DNA from: an uncultured Planococcus sp.
Lineage (GTDB): Bacteria > Bacillota > Bacilli > Bacillales_A > Planococcaceae
Length of the DNA: 64,000 nt
Assembly (NCBI GenBank): GCA_947493585.1
Contig: CANLRI010000007.1
Coordinates: forward strand, 45-64,044
Direction of reading: 5' to 3'
Each line of letters begins with the position of its first letter. Positions within the stretch are counted from its first letter, which is position 1. The translations under genes and the position numbers were made by a program. The notes beneath the pieces are model-generated. The model worked only from the letters and a program-made list of their open reading frames with translations, was not told the DNA's origin and did no database searches. Of the stretch, positions 23,490 to 37,829 are shown one piece after another.

Positions 23490-24083
23490 TTATTGTACTT
23501 GCTGGGTTTTTTCTTCGTATGCCTGGATATAGGAATCGTATTGAATCGTCAAGGCGATTTCATCCCAGCCGTTCAACAACATTTCTTTCCAGTACGGATC
23601 GATATCAAACGAATAGCTGGCACCGTCTTCAGCTGTCACTGTTTGCTGTTTCAAGTCAACGTCAAGGCAATACGGCGCTTGTTTGCCTTTTTCCAATAAA
23701 GCCGCCACTTCCGCTTCTTGCAGGCGAATCGGCAAAATGCCGTTTTTCACACAGTTATTATAGAAGATGTCCGCATAGCTCGGCGAGATGACGACACGGA
23801 ATCCGTAGTCCAGGATGGCCCACGGCGCGTGTTCACGGGAAGAGCCGCAGCCGAAGTTTTCCTGCGCCACAAGGATCTCGGAACCTTGGAAGCGCGGATC
23901 ATTTAAGACAAAGTCTTGATTCGGCTTACCGTCAGCGTCAAAACGCCAATGGTAGAACAAATACTTGCCGAACCCTGTGCGCTCGATGCGCTTGAGGAAT
24001 TCCTTTGAAATGATTTGGTCGGTATCGACGTTTTTGCGGTCAAGCGGCGTCAAGACGCTCGAAATTTCATTGATGGGTTTCAA
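23490..24083 (-). CDS. leuD: 3-isopropylmalate dehydratase small subunit
   Basis: 197 aa, ...GCGSSREHAPWAL-type motif (NFGCGSSREHAPWAI). Confidence 0.95.
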   Translation of the reverse strand: MKPINEISSVLTPLDRKNVDTDQIISKEFLKRIERTGFGKYLFYHWRFDADGKPNQDFVLNDPRFQGSEILVAQENFGCGSSREHAPWAILDYGFRVVISPSYADIFYNNCVKNGILPIRLQEAEVAALLEKGKQAPYCLDVDLKQQTVTAEDGASYSFDIDPYWKEMLLNGWDEIALTIQYDSYIQAYEEKTQQVQ

Positions 24084-24101
24084 ACTCAGTTCCTCCTTCC
24101 G

Positions 24102-25520
24102 TTATGCCGAGGGCACAGGTTCGTTCATAAATTTCCGGACATCGGTCAAATGCCCTTCAATCGCAGCAGCAGCCGCCATTACTGGTGATACCAAATGCGT
24201 CATGGAGCCTGCACCTTGGCGCCCTTCAAAATTACGATTGGAAGTAGATGCGCAGCGTTCGCCTGCCGGCACGGCATCCTCATTCATGGCGAGGCACATG
24301 CTGCAGCCTGTTTCGCGCCATTCAAAGCCTGCCTGCAAGAACACCTGGTCAAGCCCTTCTGCTTCAGCTGCACGTTTAACGGTCTCAGAACCCGGTACCA
24401 CAATCGCTGTGACCGACGGATGCACCGTTCTGCCTTTGACGATTTCACTCGCTGCCCGCAGATCGCTGAGGCGCGCATTTGTGCATGAACCGATAAAGAC
24501 GTGTTGGATGTCGATGGATGATAACGGAGCGCCTTCTTCTAACTGCATATAAGCAAGCGCTTGGCGCAAAGCATCCCGGTCTTCTTGCTTATCGTAATCT
24601 GCCGCTGTCGGCACACGTTCAGCGATGCCTGAGCCCATCGACGGGTTGGTGCCCCATGTGACGAACGGGGAAATATCGTCCGCGTGGATAGTGTGCGACA
24701 CGTCATAGCTTGCGCCTTCATCTGTCGCAAGCGCCAGCCAACGTTCAGCTTCACGTTCAAACGCTTCGCCTTCTGGGACGTTTCTTCTGCCGCGCAAATA
24801 TTCGACTGTTGTTTCATCTGGGCTGACAAGACCGGCGCGTGCTCCCGCTTCGATGGACATATTGCAAATGGTCATGCGTTCTTCCATCGACAAATTGCGG
24901 ATCGCTTCCCCGGTGTATTCAATGATGTGGCCGGTTCCCATATCGACGCCGTATTTCGAGATGATCGCAAGGATGACGTCTTTTGCGGAAACACCGAAGC
25001 CCAGTTCGCCGTCGATGCGGATTTCCATCGTTTTCGGCTTGGACTGCCACAGCGTCTGCGTCGACAAAACGTGCTCCACTTCACTTGTCCCGATGCCAAA
25101 TGCCAACGCGCCAAACGCGCCGTGCGTGGACGTATGGCTATCGCCGCAGACAATCGTCTTGCCAGGCTGCGTGAGGCCAAGTTCCGGCCCGATGACGTGG
25201 ACGATGCCTTGGTCGGGATGATTGATGCCTGCAAGCGGCACCCCAAACTCATCACAGTTTTCCTGAAGCGTCTTGATTTGCTTGCGGGAAATCGGGTCTT
25301 TGATCACTGAGCGGTTGCGCGTCGGCACGTTATGGTCCATCGTCGCAAAGCACAAATCCGGACGCCGCACTTTTCGGCCGTTCAAGCGCAAGCCTTCAAA
25401 TGCCTGCGGAGAAGTGACTTCATGCAGGAGGTGAAGGTCGATATACAACAGGTCGGGTTTTCCCGGCTCTTCGAATACAATATGCTGTTCCCAGATTTTT
25501 TCAATAATCGTTTTTGCCAT
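24102..25520 (-). CDS. leuC: 3-isopropylmalate dehydratase large subunit
   Basis: Trimmed to [13 protein letters not shown] (472 aa), GGAAGGGG Shine-Dalgarno. Aconitase-family Cys motifs ([15 protein letters not shown]). Confidence 0.95.
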   Translation of the reverse strand: MAKTIIEKIWEQHIVFEEPGKPDLLYIDLHLLHEVTSPQAFEGLRLNGRKVRRPDLCFATMDHNVPTRNRSVIKDPISRKQIKTLQENCDEFGVPLAGINHPDQGIVHVIGPELGLTQPGKTIVCGDSHTSTHGAFGALAFGIGTSEVEHVLSTQTLWQSKPKTMEIRIDGELGFGVSAKDVILAIISKYGVDMGTGHIIEYTGEAIRNLSMEERMTICNMSIEAGARAGLVSPDETTVEYLRGRRNVPEGEAFEREAERWLALATDEGASYDVSHTIHADDISPFVTWGTNPSMGSGIAERVPTAADYDKQEDRDALRQALAYMQLEEGAPLSSIDIQHVFIGSCTNARLSDLRAASEIVKGRTVHPSVTAIVVPGSETVKRAAEAEGLDQVFLQAGFEWRETGCSMCLAMNEDAVPAGERCASTSNRNFEGRQGAGSMTHLVSPVMAAAAAIEGHLTDVRKFMNEPVPSA

Positions 25521-25539
25521 AGCAGAGTGCCCCTTCCAT

Positions 25540-26640
25540 TTACACGTAGGAAAACATGATGTGTTCCGACACGAATTCCCGTTCCAATTCTTCGATGACT
25601 TTTTCCACAAAGCGTTCCGTTGAGATGACTTTATTGCCGCAAGCCGACAAATCGCCTGTGCAATAGCCATCTTCAAGGACGCTCATAACTGCATCTTCAA
25701 TCGACGATGCTTCTGACTCCATGCCGAACGACTGGCGCAGCATCATCGCTGCTGACAACATCGCCGCTGATGGATTCGCTTTGTTTTGGCCTGCGATATC
25801 CGGTGCCGAACCGTGTACCGGTTCGTATAAACCGAAGCCGTCTGAACGGATGCTCGCGGACGGCAGCATGCCAAGTGAGCCGGTGATGACCGACGCCTCG
25901 TCGCTCAAGATGTCGCCGAACATGTTCTCCGTGACCACGACGTCGAATGCCCGTGGGTTGGTGATCAATTTCATGGCAGCTGAATCGACTAGCATGTGTT
26001 CAACTTCCACATCCGGATAACCCGCTTTGCGTTCTTCGACGACTTTTCTCCAAAGCTTGCTGGATTCCAAGACGTTCGCTTTGTCGACTGACGCCAATTT
26101 ACCGCGGCGCGAACGGGCCATTTCGAATGCCTGATCGACGATGCGTTCGATTTCTGCACGTGTGTAGACCAGTGTATCGACCGCTGAATTTTCGTTATGG
26201 CGTTTCGGTTCCCCGAAATACAAGCCGCCGGTCAATTCACGGACGATGACCATGTCCACTTCACGCGCGATTTCTTCTTTTAATGGGGACGATCCGAGAA
26301 GTGCCGGTACCGCTTTGACTGGGCGGACGTTGGCAAACAAATCGAAGTGTTTGCGGATATTCAACAGCCCTTTTTCAGGGCGCTGTTCTGCGGGGTTATT
26401 ATCCCATTTCGGACCGCCTACCGCACCGAGGAGGATGGCATCGCTCGCTTCACACGCTTCAACGGTTTCTTTTGGCAGCGGGCTGCCGGATTCATCGACC
26501 GCCGCTCCCCCGATTGCCGCGAATTTCCAATGGAATGTGTGCCCATAGCGCATCGCAATGGATTTCAGCACCTTTACTGCCGCCTCTGTTACTTCTGGTC
26601 CGATGCCGTCTCCTGGCAATACTGCGATTGTCTTTTCCAT
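25540..26640 (-). CDS. leuB: 3-isopropylmalate dehydrogenase
   Basis: 366 aa, [17 protein letters not shown]..., [12 protein letters not shown] motif. Confidence 0.95.
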   Translation of the reverse strand: MEKTIAVLPGDGIGPEVTEAAVKVLKSIAMRYGHTFHWKFAAIGGAAVDESGSPLPKETVEACEASDAILLGAVGGPKWDNNPAEQRPEKGLLNIRKHFDLFANVRPVKAVPALLGSSPLKEEIAREVDMVIVRELTGGLYFGEPKRHNENSAVDTLVYTRAEIERIVDQAFEMARSRRGKLASVDKANVLESSKLWRKVVEERKAGYPDVEVEHMLVDSAAMKLITNPRAFDVVVTENMFGDILSDEASVITGSLGMLPSASIRSDGFGLYEPVHGSAPDIAGQNKANPSAAMLSAAMMLRQSFGMESEASSIEDAVMSVLEDGYCTGDLSACGNKVISTERFVEKVIEELEREFVSEHIMFSYV

Positions 26641-26668
26641 AGTAATTCCTCCTCTGTGGGTTTGCTGA

Positions 26669-29768
<3,100 letters not shown>

Positions 29769-29772
<4 letters not shown>

Positions 29773-31502
29773 TCGCCTTTCACCCCGATCATTTCGTTGA
29801 GCCCTTTGCCTGGCGCGACCATCGGGTACACACATTCGAGTTGGATTACCCGGCAATCGATAAGCGCTGGGCCATCTGATTCAAACGCTTTTTTGAATAC
29901 TTCTTCCGCTTCTTCCATCGTTTCGACTTTATAGCCGTCGAGATCGTAAGCGGCTGCTAGTTTCACGAAATCCGGCTGCACCGGCATCATTGACTGGGAA
30001 TAGCGTTCTTCGTAGAAGGTTTCTTGCCACTGGCGCACCATCCCAAGGCTTTGGTTGTTCAAGATGACGATTTTCACCGGCAAGCGATATTCCTGCAATA
30101 GCGACAATTCCTGCAACGTCATTTGGAATCCGGCATCACCGACAACAGCCACCACCGTTTCTTCCGGTCTTGCGAACTTCGCCCCAATCGCTGCGGGGAA
30201 GCCGAAGCCCATCGTCCCGAGCCCGCCAGATGTCACCCAGTTATGCGGGTTATTGAAGCGGTAATACTGAGCAGTCCACATTTGGTGTTGGCCGACATCC
30301 GTCGTGACAATCGCATCGCCACCGGTTAACCGGTGAATCAATTCGACCGCTTGCTGAGGCATGATGCCAACCCGTTCTTTTTGGTGATACTGAAGCGGGT
30401 AAGCTTTTTGGTATGCATTGAGCTTGCCGTGCCATTCTGTTGTGTCCGGGCTTTCGAAATTGCTTTTCAATAGCTCGACCAATGCAGCTTTGGCATCCGA
30501 TACGATCGGGATGGCTGTCGGGACATTCTTCCCGATTTCCGCCGGATCGATATCGATATGGATGACTTCCGCATTCGGCGCAAATGAAGCCAAGTTTCCG
30601 GTGAGCCTATCATCAAAGCGCGCCCCAATGTTCAACAGCACGTCGCATTCACAAATGGCCGTATTCGCCGCATACGTTCCGTGCATGCCACCCATGCCGA
30701 GGAACAATTCGTGATCGCCGCCAATTGTTCCAAGTCCCAGCAATGTGTTCACAATCGGGATTCGATGATGCTCCGCGAATGCTTGAAGCTCTTCGGAAGC
30801 TCTCGCTGCTAATACTCCGGCACCGGCTAGAATCACCGGCTTTTTCGCCTTGGACAGCAGTTGAACTGCCTTTTGGATTTGCAAATAGTTCGGCGAGATG
30901 GTCGGTTGATAGCCCGGCAAGTACACATCTGCATCCGCTTGTTCTTCACTGCCCGCAAACAACATCGTCGACACGTCTTTCGGGATATCGACGACAACCG
31001 GTCCCGGACGCCCTGTTGAAGCGATGAAGAATGCCTCTTTGATGATCCGCGGCAAGTCTTCCGCTTTTTTCACCTGGTAATTATGTTTCGTGATCGGTTG
31101 TGTGATGCTGACGATATCCGCTTCCTGGAAAGCATCGGTTCCGATAACCGATGTCGCAACTTGCCCGGTGAAGATGACGAGTGGCAAGGAGTCGAGCATG
31201 GCATCCGCTATGCCGGTGACAAGGTTCGTCGCTCCAGGACCGGATGTGGCAATAACCACTCCTGGTTTTCCGGAAACTCTGGCGTAGCCTTCTGCTGCAT
31301 GGATTGCGCCTTGTTCGTGTCTCGCTAATATGTGACGGATCGGGTTTCGATGCAAAGCATCGTAGATTGGCAGAACCGCACCTCCTGGGTAGCCAAAAAT
31401 GATCTCAACACCCTGCTGTTTCAATGATTGAATTAATACGTCTGCCCCGCTGCCGGATAATCCTTGTTTGAGTTCTTCTCTGACCTTTACGTTTACTCCC
31501 AA
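29769..31502 (-). CDS. ilvB: acetolactate synthase large subunit (biosynthetic, ThDP-dependent)
   Basis: 577 aa. TTG start 8 nt after an AAGGAGG Shine-Dalgarno. ThDP motif [12 protein letters not shown]...NN. Confidence 0.95.
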
Positions 31503-31542
31503 TCTTTCCGCCTCCTTTTTCTTAAGTCTTCGGAAGTAGCAA

Positions 31543-31830
31543 ATGAAAAAGCTTTTCCATCCCTACACAAAGAAGACATCTTCTTTGCATAGGGATGAAA
31601 AAGCTTCATGGTACCACCCTATTTCACTGCGATTTGCAGCCTCTTGGATAATTGCTTATCCGCTGATAACGATAACCCGTCGCTTGCAGTCACCGGGAAC
31701 ACCTAGAAGGCCGAAGCCGTTCAGCATTCCACTCAGAGGGGATGTCGCATCTGGCAGCATTGCCGGCTTCCACCACCCCGGCTCTCTGTAAATGCTGTAT
31801 TCCATTTGCTTTAACCTCGTCATTGAATTG
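31543..31830 (-). promoter_or_regulatory. T-box riboswitch leader (leucine specifier) with intrinsic terminator, upstream of ilvB
   Basis: Stem I AGAGAG element. Specifier region CCUCUGAGUGG contains the Leu codons CUC and CUG. T-box sequence AAUAGGGUGGUACC at 31610..31625. Terminator AAAGCUUUUUCAUCCCUA...UAGGGAUGGAAAAGCUUUUU at 31543..31605. Confidence 0.88.
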
Positions 31831-31841
31831 ATCTTATGAAT

Positions 31842-32753
31842 TTATACTACGTTTAAATGTTCTTCGTTATACACCTTAACGCCGTCTTGCTGCACCAGCT
31901 CACGGAATGCTTCTAACAGGTCATTCGTGACAGGCCCTGGCTTGCCGTCGCCGATCACGCGTCCATCCACTTTGATGACGGCGATGACTTCTGCTGCCGT
32001 CCCTGTCAGGAACACTTCATCCGCCACGTAGACATCGTGTCTAGTGAAGACACCCTCTTCCATTTGGTAACCTTTTTCAGCGGCCACTTCCATGATGGCG
32101 TTGCGCGTAATTCCTTCGAGCGCCCCTACATAACCGGGAGGCGTCAGCAATTTGTTTTTGCGGACGATGAAGATATTATCGGCTGACCCTTCAGCCACAT
32201 AGCCTTGATCATTCAGCATGAGGGCTTCAGAAACACCGGCTAAGCTTGCTTCGATTTTCACCAGGATGTTGTTCATATAGTTCAGTGATTTCACTTTCGG
32301 GCTAAGGACGTCTGAGCGGCTTCTTCTTGAAGCGACCGAGACGATTTCAATGCCGCTGTCGTACAAGGCTTTCGGGAATAAAGAAAGTGGCTCAGCGATG
32401 ACGATGACATTCGGCTTTGCACAGCTGAATGGATCGAGCCCCAAGTTTCCAACCCCGCGTGAGACGACTAAGCGGATATAGGCATCCTTCAATTTGTTTT
32501 GCCGGAGCGTTTCCACGACCAGCTGCGTCATTTCTTCGAAAGTATGCGGAATTTCAAGCATCACTGATTTAGCCGAATCGTAAAGGCGCTCCAGGTGTTC
32601 TTCTAAACGAAAGACATTTCCGTTGTATGAACGAATGCCTTCGAAGACTCCGTCGCCATATAGGAAGCCATGATCATAAACTGAAACCTTGGCATCTTCT
32701 TTTTTTACAAATTCACCATTCATATAGATTACTTGTTCAGTCATGATGTCCAC
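31842..32753 (-). CDS. ilvE: branched-chain-amino-acid aminotransferase (fold-type IV PLP enzyme)
   Basis: 303 aa with GDGVFEGIR, KSLNYMNNIL, LEGITR and EVFLTGTAAEV motifs. GTG start 6 nt after GGAG. An ATG three codons downstream is an alternative start. Confidence 0.88.
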   Translation of the reverse strand: MDIMTEQVIYMNGEFVKKEDAKVSVYDHGFLYGDGVFEGIRSYNGNVFRLEEHLERLYDSAKSVMLEIPHTFEEMTQLVVETLRQNKLKDAYIRLVVSRGVGNLGLDPFSCAKPNVIVIAEPLSLFPKALYDSGIEIVSVASRRSRSDVLSPKVKSLNYMNNILVKIEASLAGVSEALMLNDQGYVAEGSADNIFIVRKNKLLTPPGYVGALEGITRNAIMEVAAEKGYQMEEGVFTRHDVYVADEVFLTGTAAEVIAVIKVDGRVIGDGKPGPVTNDLLEAFRELVQQDGVKVYNEEHLNVV

Positions 32754-32818
32754 TTCTTTCTCCGAAATTTTTTATGAGGATTAGCGCTGCAAATGCTTTG
32801 TTCTGTTAAATTGTTGCT

Positions 32819-32847
32819 ATCATATCGCCTATTCCAAAGGGTGTCAA
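32819..32847 (-). promoter_or_regulatory. sigma-A promoter, TTGACA-17-TATGAT, for ilvE
   Basis: -35 at 32842..32847 and -10 at 32819..32824. Confidence 0.7.
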
Positions 32848-33107
32848 CAAACAAAATGCGATTTTTTTGCTAATTCTGAACATTGAAATCATTTGTATCC
32901 GTTTACATTGCTTTAGTGGCGCGGTTTAAAATGTTTTTAAAAAAGTTTGAATATTTTATAGAAATGCGATATATTGCGTATAAAAATAGAAAAACCTCTC
33001 CTTATTGCGGCCTTACAATACAATTTCTCCAGCAATGATACGGATCACTCAGCCTTTAAACCTTGTATCCTGTCACATAATTTTCATTTTCATTTTAAAA
33101 AGAATGC

Positions 33108-33142
33108 AAAAAAATCCCCCAACTCATAATGAGTTGGGGGAT
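33108..33142 (-). terminator. intrinsic terminator after tuf
   Basis: Stem ATCCCCCAACTC-ATTA-GAGTTGGGGGAT followed by T7. Confidence 0.9.
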
Positions 33143-33157
33143 TTAAACACAAGCGAA

Positions 33158-34345
<1,188 letters not shown>

Positions 34346-34392
34346 TAGAAAAATCCTCCTCAGAATGTAAGTTAATAGTAGTAGTTTGAGTA

Positions 34393-34420
34393 CCCAAAAT
34401 GCAGTGGACTGCATTTTGGG
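34393..34420 (-). other. 12-bp perfect hairpin at the predicted 5' end of the tuf transcript
   Basis: CCCAAAATGCAG-TCCA-CTGCATTTTGGG with no U-tract after it. It lies about 5 nt downstream of the predicted transcription start. Confidence 0.5.
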
Positions 34421-34431
34421 CATACAAACTA

Positions 34432-34460
34432 TTTATACTTGATTAAAGGTCAAAATTCAA
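34432..34460 (-). promoter_or_regulatory. internal sigma-A promoter, TTGAAT-17-TATAAA, for tuf
   Basis: -35 at 34455..34460, abutting the fusA stop codon. -10 at 34432..34437. Confidence 0.5.
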
Positions 34461-36539
34461 TTATTGGCCTTTATTTTTCTTGATAATTTCTTCAGCGATG
34501 GATTTCGGCACTTCTTCGTAGTGATCGAAGTGCATAGAGAACACACCGCGTCCTTGCGTGTTAGAACGCAAGTTTGTTGCATAACCGAACATTTCAGAAA
34601 GTGGAACCATTGCACGGACAACTTGCGCGTTTCCGCGAGCGTCCATACCTTCTACGCGTCCACGGCGAGACGTAACGTCACCCATGATATCGCCAAGGTA
34701 TTCCTCAGGGATTACAATTTCAACTTTCATGATTGGCTCAAGGAGTACCGGGTTAACTTTAGACACAGCGTTTTTCAGTGCCATAGAAGCAGCTACTTTA
34801 AACGCCATCTCGTTGGAGTCAACATCATGGTAAGATCCGTCGAACAAACGTGCTTTAATGTCAATCAATGGATAACCGGCAACTACACCGTTATCAAGAG
34901 AGTCGCGAAGACCCGCTTCAACTGCTGGGATGTATTCACGTGGAACAACACCACCGACAATTCCATTTTCGAACTCAAAGCCAGCGCCTTCTTCGTTTGG
35001 AGAGAATTCGATCCAAACGTGTCCGAACTGACCGCGACCACCGGATTGACGTACGAATTTACCTTCAACTTTAGCAGACTGGCGGAATGTCTCACGGTAA
35101 GATACCTGAGGAGCTCCGACGTTTGCTTCAACGTTGAATTCGCGTCTCATACGGTCAACTAGGATATCAAGGTGAAGTTCACCCATACCAGCGATGATCG
35201 TTTGACCAGTTTCCTGGTCTGTGTGCGCACGGAAAGTTGGGTCTTCTTCTTGCAGTTTTGCAAGGGCTTGGCCCATCTTGTCCTGGTCTGCTTTGGATTT
35301 CGGCTCCACTGAAAGTGAGATAACCGGTTCCGGGAAGACCATGCGCTCAAGGATTACTTGGTCTTTTTCGTCGCATAGCGTGTCGCCTGTAGAAGTATCT
35401 TTCAGGCCGATCGCAGCAGCGATATCTCCGCAATATACTTCAGCGATCTCTTCGCGGGAGTTTGCGTGCATTTGCAGGATACGTCCTACGCGCTCACGCT
35501 TGCCTTTAGAAGAGTTCTGAACGTATGAACCAGATTTCAAAGTACCGGAGTAAACACGGAAGAAAGTCAATTTCCCTACATACGGGTCTGTCATTACTTT
35601 AAATGCCAGAGCAGAGAAAGGCTCGTCTTCAGATGCTTTACGCAATACTTCTTCGTCTGAATCCGGACGGACCGCTGTCATTGGCGGAACGTCTAGTGGA
35701 GATGGTAGGTAATCAATTACTGCATCAAGCATCAATTGAACACCTTTGTTTTTGAAAGCAGTTCCGCAAACTACTGGGTAGAACTCAACGTCAAGCGTTC
35801 CTTTACGGATCGCAGCTTTAAGTTCGTCAACAGTGATTTCTTCCCCGCCAAGGTATTTTTCCATCAAGTCTTCATCAAGCTCAGCGACTGCTTCTACCAA
35901 TTTCGTGTGGTATTCTTCCGCTTGCTCTTTGTACTCTTCAGGAATGTCCCCTTCAGTGATTTCAGTTCCCAAATCGTTCGCATAGAAGCGTGCGTTCATG
36001 TTTACAAGGTCAATGATCCCTGAGAACTCATCTTCTGCACCGATTGGCAATTGAATCGGGTGTGCGTTAGCTTGCAGGCGATCGTGAAGAGTGCCTACTG
36101 AATACAGGAAGTCAGCGCCGATTTTATCCATTTTGTTAATGAATACCAAACGCGGTACTCCGTATGTTGTCGCTTGACGCCATACAGTTTCTGTTTGCGG
36201 CTCTACACCTGATTGGGCATCAAGAACCGTTACAGCACCATCAAGTACACGCAATGAACGTTCAACTTCAACCGTGAAGTCTACGTGTCCAGGAGTATCG
36301 ATGATGTTAACGCGGTGGCCTTCCCATGAAGCTGTTGTCGCAGCAGATGTGATCGTGATTCCACGCTCTTGCTCCTGCTCCATCCAGTCCATTTGAGAAG
36401 CACCTTCATGCGTTTCGCCGATTTTGTGGATACGGCCAGTGTAATACAAAATACGCTCCGTAGTAGTCGTTTTACCGGCATCGATGTGAGCCATGATTCC
36501 GATATTACGTGTATGGTCTAAGGAGAACTCTCTAGGCAT
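34461..36539 (-). CDS. fusA: elongation factor G
   Basis: 692 aa, ...[20 protein letters not shown]... Confidence 0.98.
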   Translation of the reverse strand: MPREFSLDHTRNIGIMAHIDAGKTTTTERILYYTGRIHKIGETHEGASQMDWMEQEQERGITITSAATTASWEGHRVNIIDTPGHVDFTVEVERSLRVLDGAVTVLDAQSGVEPQTETVWRQATTYGVPRLVFINKMDKIGADFLYSVGTLHDRLQANAHPIQLPIGAEDEFSGIIDLVNMNARFYANDLGTEITEGDIPEEYKEQAEEYHTKLVEAVAELDEDLMEKYLGGEEITVDELKAAIRKGTLDVEFYPVVCGTAFKNKGVQLMLDAVIDYLPSPLDVPPMTAVRPDSDEEVLRKASEDEPFSALAFKVMTDPYVGKLTFFRVYSGTLKSGSYVQNSSKGKRERVGRILQMHANSREEIAEVYCGDIAAAIGLKDTSTGDTLCDEKDQVILERMVFPEPVISLSVEPKSKADQDKMGQALAKLQEEDPTFRAHTDQETGQTIIAGMGELHLDILVDRMRREFNVEANVGAPQVSYRETFRQSAKVEGKFVRQSGGRGQFGHVWIEFSPNEEGAGFEFENGIVGGVVPREYIPAVEAGLRDSLDNGVVAGYPLIDIKARLFDGSYHDVDSNEMAFKVAASMALKNAVSKVNPVLLEPIMKVEIVIPEEYLGDIMGDVTSRRGRVEGMDARGNAQVVRAMVPLSEMFGYATNLRSNTQGRGVFSMHFDHYEEVPKSIAEEIIKKNKGQ

Positions 36540-36589
36540 ATGGTCTTTCTCCTTCCGTCTCGAAATAAGATTTTAAGTGCCGCAAGATT

Positions 36590-37090
<501 letters not shown>

Positions 37091-37104
37091 TTAATTCATT
37101 GTTA

Positions 37105-37524
37105 TTATTTTTTTACTTTAGGGCGTTTTGTTCCATATTTAGAGCGTCCTTGCATACGGCCGTTTACTCCAGCAGTATCAAGTGCGCCACGTACAACGTG
37201 GTAACGTACACCCGGAAGGTCTTTTACGCGTCCTCCACGGATAAGAACAACACTGTGCTCTTGAAGGTTGTGACCTTCGCCGCCGATATATGCATTGACC
37301 TCAATTTGGTTTGTCAAACGTACACGTGCGTATTTACGCAATGCGGAGTTTGGTTTTTTAGGTGTCATCGTTCCAACACGTGTGCAGACGCCGCGTTTTT
37401 GCGGAGAGCTCAAGTTAGTCTGTGACTTTTTGAAGCTGTTATACCCCTTGTTCAACGCTGGTGAGTCTGATTTAGTGCTTTTCGGTTTACGAGGCTTGTT
37501 AACCAATTGGTTAATAGTAGGCAT
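37105..37524 (-). CDS. rpsL: 30S ribosomal protein S12
   Basis: 139 aa, [13 protein letters not shown]... Confidence 0.97.
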   Translation of the reverse strand: MPTINQLVNKPRKPKSTKSDSPALNKGYNSFKKSQTNLSSPQKRGVCTRVGTMTPKKPNSALRKYARVRLTNQIEVNAYIGGEGHNLQEHSVVLIRGGRVKDLPGVRYHVVRGALDTAGVNGRMQGRSKYGTKRPKVKK

Positions 37525-37741
37525 CGATTTTTTCCTCCTCTCAAAAGGTGTTCTAATACCACATATCCAGGTGGTTCATTTTTGGGTAAAAAACAAAGTC
37601 TTTGTGATTTCACACAAAAACCGGTATCCAGTAATGCCATAATGGCTACATCCAGCAAAGCTGAACGCTTTTACTGTTTTTGTTTCGTACCTGACGATCA
37701 TGTTCCTGACATGCAAAGATCGATAATCATCAACCCTTAAT

Positions 37742-37771
37742 ATACTATCATTCCATAAGTGCAACTGTCAA
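37742..37771 (-). promoter_or_regulatory. sigma-A promoter, TTGACA-18-TGaTAGTAT (extended -10), for rpsL-rpsG-fusA-tuf
   Basis: -35 at 37766..37771 and -10 at 37742..37747. It leaves a ~210-nt 5' UTR. Confidence 0.6.
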
Positions 37772-37781
37772 CCTAAACTTC

Positions 37782-37816
37782 AAAAAAAATCCCGGGGAGC
37801 GTATAGCTCTCCGGGG
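37782..37816 (-). terminator. intrinsic terminator after rpoC
   Basis: Stem CCCCGGAGAGC-TATAC-GCTCCCCGGG followed by ATTTTTTTT. Confidence 0.9.
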
Positions 37817-37829
37817 TTTTTCTTCTAAC

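Noticed and set aside
24102-25676. N-terminal extensions in the ORF track: leuC 524 aa, leuA 524 aa, tuf 421 aa, ilvN 198 aa, rplM 165 aa, rplJ 190 aa, rpsJ 164 aa, cysE 239 aa, mcsB 372 aa and others.
   Set aside because: The extensions overlap the upstream gene or leader, are not homologous to known N-termini, and an internal start with a proper Shine-Dalgarno reproduces the canonical protein length. Coordinates were trimmed accordingly.
37576-37764. 62-aa minus-strand ORF in the rpoC-rpsL interval as a candidate replacement for the L7Ae-like rplGB gene.
   Set aside because: Its start overlaps the promoter -10 region, so it would not be fully transcribed from it. It has no Shine-Dalgarno and no similarity to the L7Ae/YbxF sequence I recall.
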